The notes below the pieces were generated by a model. It searched no databases and had not been told where the DNA came from. It was given only the letters and a program-made list of their open reading frames with translations. From Bugula neritina (taxonomy: Eukaryota; Animalia; Bryozoa): a stretch of DNA of 64,000 bases. A program made the position numbers and the translations under genes. The DNA lies in assembly GCA_964035545.1 (NCBI GenBank), contig OZ037766.1, positions 620,001 through 684,000 on the forward strand, read 5' to 3'. This document shows, piece after piece, positions 1 through 12,300 of this stretch; position 1 is the stretch's first letter; every line of letters begins with the position of its first letter.

Positions 1-57
1 CATGATACTATATTATTTTGTGTCATATTTCAAATCTACCCCTGACTCATTTCACAG

Positions 58-2984
58 ATGCCGATGGCACTTCTGTCACATTCTCTGTGAACGTCACGTG
101 TCACGCTATTCCTTGGCAAGTCTCTAAAAAGGCTGTAGCTGTGGAAAACTCTGAAGGGGAAACAACTCTCACGTCTGCAGTCCTGGGTGAGTATACTGTA
201 TACTCTGTCATAGCTGTTAGTATACTCTGTCATAACTGTTAGTATACTGTATACTCTGTCATAACTGTTAGTATACTCTGTCATAGCTGTTAGTATACTC
301 TGTCATAGCTGTTAGTATACTCTGTCATAACTGTTAGTATACTGTATACTCTGTCATAGTTGTAGTCCTAAGATAAGATTGCGTAATGAAACTTTAAAAA
401 AATTTTCAGTGTTTCACCAGCTTTTTGAGGTAAAATTGAACTTGACTTGGCCAACTTGAAGAACATGACTTGAGAGACTTGAGCAACTTGACTTGTGACA
501 TAATTTAGTTGTTTTATATTTCACTGCCTGCCTTTACCTTGTGTTATACTCCAGACACTGTTGGTAGTATGTTCAGTTCCCCAGTTGTATTCAGTATGCC
601 GTTTGACAAGTATGTTGTATTCTATCTCGATTCAAAAATGCTGTACCATTCATCAGGCAATTTCTTTATTCAGATGTAGTAGTTATCTTTCCTTTGTCAT
701 GATTTTACTTTTAATCAGATAGCTAGATACAAAATGATAAATGTAGTTATAGGTACGTTACTGTTGCAGGACACGTAATGATAAAGGTAGTATTTGCTCT
801 GACACTAATGGGACTATTCGTGCAGGTGGTTGGTCATGTGACCTGTCTCATTCACCACAGAAGGCAGCGGTCTAACTCCTGTATGTTCATCACCGGCGTG
901 TGGTACGTCACTTCAGGTGAGTAGTATGTCACCTCAGGTGGGTAGTATGTCACCTCAGGTGGGTGTGGTTATTATATACCGTATACTGTAGTATTATATA
1001 CAGTATACTGTAGTATTATATACAGTATACTGTAGTATTACTCTCTACATTAGTCTATGAACTCATACTTTAACATTACGTGGTGTACCATGACCTTTTA
1101 TAAAGTATTAATAGAACATGTGAAACTTCTCTCTTCATAACATGTCCGTCAACTGCTGACAGACTGTCAGTTGAGCAATATGCTGCCGATTAGGTAATAT
1201 GCTGCCGTGCGTTACCAGCACATGCAGCAGAACGTGAAGTCTGCACATGTGCACAAGTCTAGAGTTATTGTAACTCAGCCCGAGTATCACTCTGTAGTGC
1301 TGACTATTGATTCTGTTATGTGGTTGTAACCTGCGGTGTGTTGGGAGCACCACAGCATCTATTAAATGTTATACAATTTGACATTTCATGTATATTAGTT
1401 GTAATATCAATAAATTAACCAATAAATATGCACCACTATGCAGTTCACGTGAACTTTAGCTGCATTACCACATTATTCCATCCTCTCTGTATTCCATCCT
1501 CTCTGTATTCCATCCTCTCTGTATTCCATCCACTCTGTATTCTATCCTCTCTGTATTCTATCCACTCTGTATTCTATCCTCTCTGTATTCTATCCTCTCT
1601 GTATTCTATCCTCTTTGTATTCCATCCTCTCTGTATTCCATCCTCTCTGTATTCTATCCACTCTGTATTCCATCCTCTCTGTATTCTATCCTCTCTGTAT
1701 TCCATCCTCTCTGTATTCCATCCTCTCTGTATTCCATCCTCTCTGTATTCTATCCTCTCTGTATTCTATCCTCTCTGTATTCCATCCTCTCTGTATTCCA
1801 TCCTCTCTGTATTCTATCCTCTCTGTATTCCATCCACTCTGTATTCCATTCTCTCTGTATTCTATCCTCTCTGTATTCCATCCTCTCTGTATTCCATCCT
1901 CTCTGTATTCTATCCTCTCTGTATTCTATATTTATCATACATCTGGCGGTTTATGGCCCTTTAGTATGAATTGTAAAATATGGAGTATTTTCAATTATTT
2001 TTACTATTTTATGTCTGTGTAGTATGTATAGTATGCATAGCATGTATATTTAGTATAGTATGTATATTTAGTATAGTATGTATATTTAGTATAGTATGTG
2101 TATGCATTGTATTTATACTGCTGCCAGGACTCGGGCTGCTGGCAGCCATCATCGTGCTGACTGGTTTACTCACGGAGGAGTCGATGAGACAGAAGGAGTT
2201 GCCCGACCATGAAGTTAAACTCTTCAGATATCACTACGCCTCTTCCTTTGTCATCCTCACTCTGTCCTTCTGCTTTGTGGAGACAGCAGCTATTCTCGCA
2301 GTCTATTTATTTATAGTAAGGTGAGTAGAATATTCTATTTATAGTATGGTGAGTAGAATATTCTATTTATAGTAAGGTGAGTAGAATATTCTATTTATAG
2401 TAAGGTGAGTAGAATATTCTATTTATAATAAGGTGAGTAGAATATTCTATTTATAGTATGGCGCGTAGAATATTATATTTATAGTAAGGTGCGTAGAATA
2501 TTCTATTTAGAGTACGGTGAGTAGAATATTCTGTTTATAGTATGGTGAGTGGAATATTCTATTTATAGTAAGGTGAGTAGAATATTCTATTTATAGTACG
2601 GTCTGTTGTAGGTACAAAGTGGCGTACAAGGCCAATCATTCTCATCTCCACGAACTAAAATCCCGGACTCAGCTGGTCGGAGAGTTACTAAATAGACGGA
2701 GAATGAACTCCACCTCCACCACCGAAGGGTCGAGAAGGCCGAGTTATCTCCCCTGCCACACAAACTCTGCGCTCAGGGCAGAAACTAACCACAGCTACGC
2801 CCCTGCCGAGCTGGAGGAGGAGTATCTACGAGCTGGCAATGACCTTCGCCCCTCGAGTGACGGCAGGTGTAATGGTGTGAGGTGCAGTGAGGGGTCCTGT
2901 GAGTTGGTCTCCATACCCCCTCCACCCATGTTCGGTAACACTCCTGTCATCACTGTTCACAGGCAATGCACTACGACAGTCTAA
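58..2984 (+). CDS. CACNG: TARP/stargazin-like (voltage-dependent calcium channel gamma, claudin superfamily) gene, 3' part; 5' exons lie before the window
   Basis: Phase-consistent GT-AG exons 58-186, 770-916, 2128-2320, 2612-2984. Spliced product has TM2-TM4 (KVVFALTLMGLFVQVVG; MFITGVWYVTSGLGLLAAIIVLTG; FRYHYASSFVILTLSFCFVETAAILAVYLFIVRY), matching the CACNG5/7-type pattern YxYGWSF...SF...E.AG..SVYLF..RY. C-terminus TTTV resembles the stargazin TTPV PDZ ligand. AATAAA at 3128-3133. Confidence 0.88.
187..360. repeat. 22-29 bp minisatellite (GTTAGTATACTCTGTCATAG/ACT) starting at a splice donor
   Basis: About 7 tandem copies; the first copy begins with the donor GTGAGTATACT. Confidence 0.9.
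906..965. repeat. 21 bp triplication spanning an exon end and donor
   Basis: CGTCACTTCAG|GTGAGTAGTA followed by TGTCACCTCAGGTGGGTAGTA and TGTCACCTCAGGTGGGT. Confidence 0.9.
969..1040. repeat. 22 bp minisatellite with palindromic core TACAGTATACTGTA
   Basis: Three tandem copies of TATTATATACAGTATACTGTAG. Confidence 0.85.
1474..1928. repeat. 16 bp minisatellite (TATTCYATCCTCTCTG)n
   Basis: About 28 copies; explains spurious ORFs 1428..1964, 1615..2022 and 1750..1938. Confidence 0.95.
2309..2602. repeat. 28 bp minisatellite (ATTTATAGTAAGGTGAGTAGAATATTCT) forming nearly the whole last CACNG intron
   Basis: About 10.5 copies; the unit is the last 12 exon nt plus the first 16 intron nt. Confidence 0.95.
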
Positions 2985-3176
2985 ATACTCAAAGTTATAT
3001 ACATTTTAACTCTTTTAGCTTTTCTTGTTTTATCAACTACTTCCTTTTTGTGTAAATATTTAGTATTTCTGTTTCAGAGAGTTTTTGTTAATTTTTTTCA
3101 AAAGAAAATTATGTTTTCGGTGGTTGAAATAAAGTTATTTTCAGCTTTTAACTTAGAATTTAGTATTTGATGGCAA

Positions 3177-3609
3177 AGCTATAAACTAGATATAGGTGGA
3201 GCTATAAACTAGATATAGGCGGAGCTATAAACTAGATATAGGTGGAGCTATAAACTAGATATAGGCGGAGCTATAAACTAGATATAGGTGGGGCTATAAA
3301 CTAGATATAGGCGGAGCTATAAACTAGATATAGGTGGAGCTATAAACTAGATATAGGCGGAGCTATAAACTAGATATAGGTGGAGCTATAAACTAGATAT
3401 AGGTGGAGCTATAAACTAGATATAGGTGGAGCTATAAACTAAATATGGGTGGAGCTATAAACTAGATATAGGCGGAGCTATGAACTAGATATAGGTGGAG
3501 CTATAAACTAGATATAGGTGGAGCTATAAACTAGTTATAGGCGGAGCTATAAACTAGATATAGGCGGAGCTACAAACTAGATGTAGGTGGAGCTATAAAC
3601 TAAATGTAG
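3177..3609. repeat. 22 bp minisatellite (GAGCTATAAACTAGATATAGGYG-type)
   Basis: About 19 near-identical copies just downstream of the CACNG polyA signal. Confidence 0.95.
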
Positions 3610-4569
3610 TTTTAAGAATGCATTCATCAGCTCTAATGGACACTGTCAGTTACCCTCATGATGTGGAGAATAATTACTGCTAAAATAAATATTCACATTG
3701 ACTCTCCTGTAGCTGAACCACCACACCTTCTTTGCTGTCGGCTTGTAATTCTTGGAAAATTCTGATAAGAAAGTGACAGTGCCACCTCTGTACTGCTGCC
3801 GATGACCTATATAAACAGGTTGTACCCTGGCAGCTGCCTACACACATCAGGTGCTGCCTTGAGGCAGCAGTAGTGAAAGTGTTACGTAATAGTGCGAAGT
3901 ATTGATTGAGATACCACTATGAGATGACTTGCTCTGCTAACTGCAGACGTATTTATTATTCCGGGTAGAAGAGTTTGATGGGTACAAACCAGTTGGGGCG
4001 TTGAATCAAAATTCAATACTTGTAGACACGTAGCCAGTAGATAAGGAAATGCTACAATGCGCTGTTGACTTAAGATATCACAGCTCTGACAAAGGGATGT
4101 GCAATAAAAAGTTTATGATAATTATCATAATCATAAATTAAATATTTACATGTTTTTGTTTTGGTATCAGCTAAGGGTGTGTGGAGCAATAAGCCTACAT
4201 AATATACTGAGAAATAGCCAGGGGGTTTAACTACTTGCCCCTTTCTTGTGTTATTGCACCTGTTACAGTTTATTTATCAGAGTAACAGCCTACCTCTCAC
4301 CTTCAACTAGTAATTATATAATATATCATAAGGAAGCTCTCTATCAACACAAGATAATGCATGACTAATGTTTTCTTTCCGGCTTTTTGTTGTGTTCTCA
4401 TATTTCCTTGTATGTAAGGCAATTGCTTTAACTGTAACTAATGAACTTGTGCTGAAATTATTCTGTTTGACATGCAGCTCTTGACAACTCCAGTTTCATT
4501 CTATATCTTTTTTAATTATTATAAATAAAAAACATGGGCATATAGTTAAATAAAACCATTGATGCACTA

Positions 4570-4820
4570 TTCATGATATATTACACAACATACATTGATG
4601 ATATATTACATAACATACATTGATGATATATTACATAACTTACGTTGATGATATATTACATAACATACATTGATGATATATTACATAACTTACATTCATG
4701 ATATATTACATAACTTACATTCATGATATATTACACAACATACATTGATGATATATTTCATAACATATATTGATGATAATATATTACATAGCTTACATTC
4801 ATGATATATTACATAACTTT
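4570..4820. repeat. ~25 bp minisatellite (TGATGATATATTACATAACWTACAT)
   Basis: About 10 tandem copies. Confidence 0.9.
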
Positions 4821-5406
4821 AGTTAGACATTTCTAATTATTGGATTTATTTAGTAAGTGTATATTTCAATAATATAAATGTGACTTTGGATGTTACATGC
4901 TGTGGTGTATTTAGTAAATTACTCTGTATATCTATTATATGGCAATCATTAAACTTGTGAACAGAATAAAGTATACCATATAACCATATAACCTAATTAC
5001 TATATTATAAAGAAAATTTATATTATGTGACTCGAATTTTAAATAAACAATAGGCGAGTTTCTGAGTTATCTATTTGATGTTATTTGTATGTAATGCAAT
5101 ACAACCATATATAACACTATATATAATAATGTTTTATTATATCATAATTAAATAAACTGTACTATACAATTATATTATAAGAAAGTTACTATATTTTCAG
5201 AAAGAAAATTATTGTATTGTATTACCTAATATATCATATAAAGCATCTCCTAAAGGTATTCGCTTTTAGTAATCTGTTAACCAGTAAACCCAGCCTCTCT
5301 CTCACTATCTAGGTCACAATAATTACTATAAGAATTTCCTCGACATACATGGAGCAAAACATATTATTATTTATTCTACAGTCCGTTGAGTAGAATATTC
5401 AACATC

Positions 5407-5859
5407 TCAAAACTGACGGGTATGTTTACTACTAGCTGATGTATTGCTATCAACTTTCTCTAGTATATTATAAACAATTATGCTCTCTGGAACACTTCTG
5501 CATAACTCTTGTAAACTCTCTAGCAACTCGAAAACATTTTCACATTGCTGCTGCAGCAGACACTCATGACGTATCGACTCGCTAATGAGGGATAGGCTTG
5601 TACAAAACAAAAAACAAGATCTTGTTTCATTTAAACTATTAGAGTGTATAAGCTGTAAGAGGCAGTATTATTGTTCATTATTGGAGACAGTATTAGCAGC
5701 CTGGGGGTTAATCAGCCCTTCAGAATATGCCTGGGTGGAATTACGAGTGATTAGCATGTCCTACAGCTCATCTCCATGCTGTAAACATCTTAACATAAAA
5801 TCAATTTATGCATGCAGGAGTAAAACATCGTCCCACATAGCAGCACGACACGGCAGCAT
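5407..5859 (-). pseudogene. Possible decayed coding segment, helical and death-fold (CARD)-like
   Basis: One frame reads about 150 codons with only three internal stops (5806-5808, 5761-5763, 5668-5670): MWDDVLLLHA*IDFMLRCLQHGDEL*DMLI...AYSEGLINPQAANTV...EQ*YCLLQLI...FLFCTSLSLISE. Domain assignment is by eye only. Confidence 0.3.
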
Positions 5860-7511
5860 TTGAGTCAGCTATGCTATGCTGACACGTGTGTCTGGAATTC
5901 ATGGAAAAGCTACAGCCAGTTTTCTGGAAGGAATTCTATATGAGAATTATAATAGCAGTAGATGGAATCCTTAAATATATTGGAATTATAAATTATATAT
6001 TACTCAAGAATAAAACCCTATAACAGCATGATGAATATAATATGTATGAATATAGTATGGAGTATAACCTATCCACTAGCATAGAGTCATGTACAGAGTA
6101 ATATTACTTATTCATATTATCCCAAGACTATATGTGTGATGCACTAGCTGGTCAAGTAAATACACATGTGACAAGATGTGACAACGTGTCACAGGTTATG
6201 ACAAGGTGTCACAAGTTAGGACAAGGTGTGATAATTTAATTGCATAAAAACAGCAAGCTCACATTATATACATGTATCTGTAATACGTGTGTTTATTTAG
6301 GTAAAACTGGTACATGTAATATTATATAGTATACACAATAGACTCGGCTTGCACATTTCTGTAATTCACTTTAATTATAAATAATTAATTTAGTGCAGCG
6401 TTTGGTTTATTTCTCTGAAAAGTAACACTTTTTATGCAATATCTTAGAATTAATGTTAATATACACCATATATAGTGCTGCTACATTGCATAACACGTCT
6501 GGTATATTAATACAAACATACATCACATGTATATTAACATTAAACTGTATGAATAAATGTCTCATTATTCTGCACCAGCTAATTTATTCAGACTAGTCTA
6601 GCACAGATGGCAGGTATTGGCAGGTGTTGGTAGGTGTTGTTTAATCATCACACAAATGAATATCGCACTAATTGAAGGACAGGGTATTAGTAAAGCTATG
6701 AAGACTGTATATTATTTAAATTGTGATGCATCCTTTGTATAATCATATATAGTCAATATCTCTCTTGATGTTCGAAATGGAAATTAGCTCTAAATGTGAA
6801 TAATTCTTGGAATATTATGTTGAAATCATAAATTTTGAAGTTGTACTACTTTAGCTGCTGAAAATTTGTATTTTAAATTGCTATAAATAGCCCTTAATTA
6901 ATACTAGAGAGTTTGAGATGCAACATGAAATAGCGTGTTCATATTATAATAACTTTCTAAACTGTACAATCTCAAGTAATTATTGTTTAACTACAATATA
7001 TTATAAATTTGTATATTATATTATAATTCATCTGCGTGTAACCATTGCATATAACAACTTATTCTACACTATAGAAACATACTGTCTGTGGTTAGTGTGA
7101 AGCAAGCTGAATGTATTAGGAGATAAGTTATAGTACGTCTGCTGTTTGGAGTTGTCACACTTTGGTAGAAGTAATGCTGACTCTGTTCTAACATTTCAAT
7201 GAAATTATAAACATAGCATAGACTATAAAAATCATCTTATTTTCCTTTAATCAATGTTTTATTTCGCAGTGTCACAAAGAGTTGAGTACATATTATAAAT
7301 TTATTCTAATTGATACTCAATGTTTACAATGGTTATATAATATTTTTTTCTCAGAAAAAATTTTTTATTCACAAAAAATTTTAATATCTATAGTAATTGT
7401 ATTTTTAAAAGAAATTCAGGCAACAGTATATTTGTAAATAATTTGGGTATTGAATAATATTGATACGTATGGTGAGGGATATAAACTGATGCAAGCAAAT
7501 GCTGCTCCCTG

Positions 7512-7586
7512 ATTGGTCAAGCAGCTGATAGGACTGCTTATTGACGGTATAAAAGCTACTGCTTGGTGATGGTGAATTATTCAGTC
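7512..7586 (+). promoter_or_regulatory. Candidate Pol II core promoter of the RGS gene
   Basis: ATTGG (reverse CCAAT) at 7512, TATAAAA at 7548-7554 and Inr-like TCAGTC at 7581-7586, about 240 nt upstream of the ATG at 7819. Confidence 0.55.
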
Positions 7587-7818
7587 ATCAGTATACCTCC
7601 TTAACACCAGCTGACTTTAGCTTATTACGCTGCGGAGATACTAGATATTGATTTTATGTGTATTATATAAAGTAATAATCTACAAGGATTTCAATAGAAA
7701 CCTGAAATTACAATTACAATACAAGTAGCTGACACAGGTTAAAGTTTCTTTTCTCATCACGAAGCGTATTTGATCAGCAAATTACTTTTATTGATTTACC
7801 TGAAAATAAATTAGAAAT

Positions 7819-9334
7819 ATGACAATCAGATCAGAGCTGCTTCTGTGCTTTGCACCTCACAGTCGTTCTCTCAGACGAGACTCAAAGCGATCAAATCTGA
7901 GAAAGTCCAACTCAACAGAATCAGACATGAAGTCGAGGTAAGCGTTTTGTTTTCTATCATCAATCATGTGGCACAGAAATTCTGTAGATCATGTTCTAAT
8001 AGGCTGAGATAAAATATTCTGGTCGGATTGCACGCAAAATATTTTTGAGGATCTACTAATTAAGTTTATTTAACATTCAGAAAAAAATAATTTAATTGAG
8101 CTTTTGTAAATTTAAGTTTTATAGAAGAAAAATACAATGGATGGTTTCATACTGCACCACTTCTTTTAGATATTTATATTTTTGCAGTGAATAACATAAT
8201 TACTATGGACTTATTTAAATTGCTCTTTATAAACTTATTGCTTCATCAAATTATGTAATAAAGTTAACTGACATTTTGTTTGACATTTAGTTTTACTTAA
8301 ACACAATGGCATTTACCTGTAGTGTCAAAAGTCTGTTGGGCAGCATTTAAACTGCCTACATGATGACCTTCTAATACAATGCTAAACCCTATGAGGTTTA
8401 GCATTGTATTCGAAGGTAATTATAGCTATGATTACTTTGCATTCAGGTAGAAACTGTGTAATAGCATCTCTTTAACCGATTGAAATGGTGGTTAACGTGC
8501 AGTCTTCTTTATTTCAGCAGATACAATGTTGAAGAGGTTATAGAATGGGGGAAATCTTTCAACTCACTATTAGCCAGTAAAGGTGAGTTCACATCAACAT
8601 AACATTATATACCTTTACTGCTAGGTGTGCCATTACGTAATACAAGGTGAACAGCAGCAGAGGAAAAGCTGTCTTACTGCGTTAGAGTCAACGTGTTTTC
8701 CAAGTAAAATCTGTAGAAGATTGGAATGTAACCATTTATTAACTGTAGATCATGAGATATACATGCAATATGATATCTTAAGTCAGTATGCTTACTGCAG
8801 AGTCGTGTTCTGTTATACAAACATTGATAAGTTTTGATATAAACTAGATTACAACAATAACGTGAATGAGATAAACTCCAAACACCACTAGAGCTCATGG
8901 TTCACTTATTGTGTCACAATGGCTAATAAGTTGAAATGTATGTGATACGAAGTATTATATTTGTTTGTCTTACTATTGCAGATGGGAGAGAGTTGTTCAG
9001 AATCTTCCTTAAGAAAGAGTTCAGTCAGGAAAACATCCTGTTTTACGAAGCGTGCGAGGAATTAGATCTACTCGTAGACGAACAGGAAATATTTGAGAAA
9101 ACTCGCCTGATATACGAGGACTACGTGTCAACGCTAGCTGACAGAGAAGTGAGTCTAGACTCGGTTATCAGAGATGAGATACAAGTGAGGATGATTAACC
9201 CGAGTAAAGACATGTTCAAATCTGCCAGAGAGCATATCTACAACCTCATGATGAGGGACTCCTATCCTAGATTCAAGAATTCAGATATATATCGAAAAAC
9301 CCTCGATGATTGCCGGCAATACATCGAGAGATAA
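7819..9334 (+). CDS. RGS: Small regulator of G-protein signalling (RGS domain only), ~178 aa
   Basis: Exons 7819-7937, 8518(or 8521)-8582 and 8982-9334 are in phase. RGS motifs: EEVIEWGKSFNSLLASKDGRELFRIFLKKEFSQENILFYEACE, IYEDYVS...EVSLDS, IYNLMMRDSYPRF. The first exon is the least certain. Confidence 0.92.
8366..8417. other. Near-perfect 52 nt hairpin in RGS intron 1
   Basis: ACCTTCTAATACAATGCTAAACC / 6 nt loop / GGTTTAGCATTGTATTCGAAGGT: 23 bp stem with one mismatch. Confidence 0.85.
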
Positions 9335-12300
9335 ACCATGCTTTAGAATTCCTCTTGTCTGTGTTTTGGATTAAATCTTAGACTAAATTCTACAAGTGCA
9401 ATATAAAACTAAGTCAATATTTTGGTTTCTCATTTTTGTACATAAATGATATTAAAATATCACGTCTTGTAAATATGTATTTTATTTATGAAACTTCTCT
9501 ATTTTCTAATATTTACTCAATCTGAGTCCGTTCCAGTCATTGAGCATGCAACTCACAGTTATGTCTCAAATATGTGTATCTTTATTTTTGCAAAATTTAA
9601 AATAAATTTTGCGCTTAAAACACCAGCAGCTAAAATTGATTTTTCTCATGAATCGTCTTCACGTTTGAAGCATCGTGTGGTCAATGTTGCTCTTAGGAGT
9701 GTATCAAATAATCAATAACTAATTAGATACGCAGTTTATCCTAGCTGGGTTAAGCTAGGTTGTATCTTAACATAGCTTCACTCTTCAGATTAATCACTCA
9801 CGTAAGAGCTGACTGACAGCCCGGCAGGCTGTTGGAATCCAATCTTATGCTGACTTTATGCTAGAAGCTTCCGTAAAATTAGTTAACATTTCTTAATGCA
9901 AACAAAAAAGAAAATGTCCGATACCTCATTGCCGTAAAACTGGTTTGTCGCATAATATATCATATGTATCCTCGTAGATATTATATTGAATATAATTCTT
10001 TGAGGTTATAGTATGTGGTGGATTGTAGCTGTGACGTTATAGTGAGGCATAGTGTAGCATTAATTTACTATGGATGATGAGGTAATCTTTTTAGAACACA
10101 TCTCATGTAATTTATATATCAATAATTCAAAACCAATTAGATTTCTAAATATTTTGAAGAAAATATTTAAACCACCCATTGATGTAAATACTATCTAGGA
10201 CAGAAAAATATTTTATATTAAAATTGATAAACAATATTTGGGTAATATTTTAATCCAATATGAAGTATGAAATTTAGTCTCCCAATAATAATTAATGTAT
10301 TTACAGCATGTAATATATAGGAGATCAAATGAGAGATGGAATGAGCTAGCTAAGAGCAAACTGTTTTTCTATGATCTTAGTACTTGAATAGAAAGAAAAT
10401 TTGAGAAGAGAGGCAGAGCCGATGGGATTTTAGTATTTTCTATAATTTATATCCAAAGAAATAAATTTAGTTAATGGCTGCCTGTAGCTGATTTCCTTCA
10501 CGGTTGACTAATCACACAGGACAAATAATTACGGTAGCCTTGAAGCCATGTACTTGAACAGCAACTTGAAATGGTTTGCTATATACAATTATTATCCGAG
10601 ATATTAAATATTGAAATAAGTCTTTAATTAGGAAGGACTGTGGCCAATTTTCATTACGAAATTAAGTCAGAATTTTTTAATCTGCAGGCAATATAATACT
10701 CTGACAAACCGGAGATATCACGTGACATCCGGTTAGTGTGATGAAATCAATAAGATGGGCAGTGTACACTATATACGGCTAGTAGCAGGGTGTGACCAGT
10801 GAACCGTGACCATGGTGTTATATCACTGATGAGCAAGTATTGAGCCATTCCATGCCCTGGACTACTTAGCTAGGCTAAACTTAGATACTAAATGTTAATA
10901 CTTCCTCTCGCATGTTTCCTTATAAAGTGACATTGTATGAAGTATATTTACCGAATAGTTTTATTTGGAGTATTATTTTTAGTTTGTTTGTGTACAGCTG
11001 TGGCATCATTCTATTGCCAAATGGATTTTAGCGCTGAAAATAGTGCTATAATAATGTTCAGCTCAAACCCCCTCACTTCCACGTCCCATTCTTCTATAGC
11101 AACTGCTGTTGTTGACTGCACCCAAATGCTAATTTGGTGGAAGATTCAATAAGATTTAAATAATGGTTGTTTTCTTACAAGTTACGGTGCTTTGCTTGTT
11201 AGCTAGACAGGAAAATCATACAGAGTCAATAACCTAACAAGCTTAGGAGTTTGACCAGTCATTATTAGCCGAATTGTGGTTAAATAGATAACAATTGAGC
11301 TATTTGTGCTGAAACAGCTAGAATAATTATCCTCGCTATATTTAGAAGACATCAGCCAAAAATATCTTAGGAACAATATTTTATTATCCAACCACATAAA
11401 GATATTTATGGGTTAATGGGTTGTATATATATTTTACGTGCGATGATATCTCCTTCATGGAGCTTTACTTGTAAGGTTTGCCTAAAGAGGTTCTATTATG
11501 GCATGTTGTTACATAGAATACCGTAAGGAGTATACATGGTGGTGAATGCGTAGTAAGACTTCAAGTAAACAAGATGTATGTAGCACATTAAGAAGTTCGT
11601 TGATATTACAGCTTGTTTATGAAAGCTATCTTCTACCTTAATTATTTTACACAAAGTTTACAGCAGCTCACAATGTGTTAGCTATAGGTTACCCCTGCTC
11701 TATATAAACAAGTTATACGCTTTCTGCAACATTTCAACATGGAAGAGTATATGTATGAACTGTAGATGAACTGCTAATGGGCTTCTCTAACAGCTCTTGA
11801 CTTTTAAATCTTGGACAAAATATTTGTTGGTAAAGTCCACTTGTTAGCTGAGAATGTGAATAGTTTAGCAAAACTTGGATAGTTTCCAGCGAATTGATTG
11901 AACTTCATTTGACTGATAGATGAAGGGTATTGAGAAGGCTGACTGAGGGTCGGGTATATCGCGGCAGCAGCTGATAATTACAGCAATGAAAGAAGATTCT
12001 AGAAGATTAATAAGCTACTTATGTATAATTACTATTTAATACTGTTGCATAGTGCAGTAGTGCCTGAGCTAAAGCTGCCTTCAGGCAATGTTTTATCTCC
12101 TGAATCAATACATACTCTCAGCTTGCCTCATTCAACTGTAGCTGATTTCCACGTTGGAAAAGAGGGAAGCTAGAAGCTTCATTAACTTTAGTTTCAAGAC
12201 AATTTTTCGCTAGATTAATGGTGGCTTTGCTATTATTGTGGAGCGATTTATATTATTCTACGTTCTGTATACCTTTTATAAGGTGAAATTTAATCCAAAC

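Noticed and set aside
3177-3609. CRISPR-like appearance of the 22-40 bp arrays here and at 46504, 51245, 54900 and 55478
   Set aside because: Units are head-to-tail with no unique spacers, there are no cas genes, and the context is eukaryotic.
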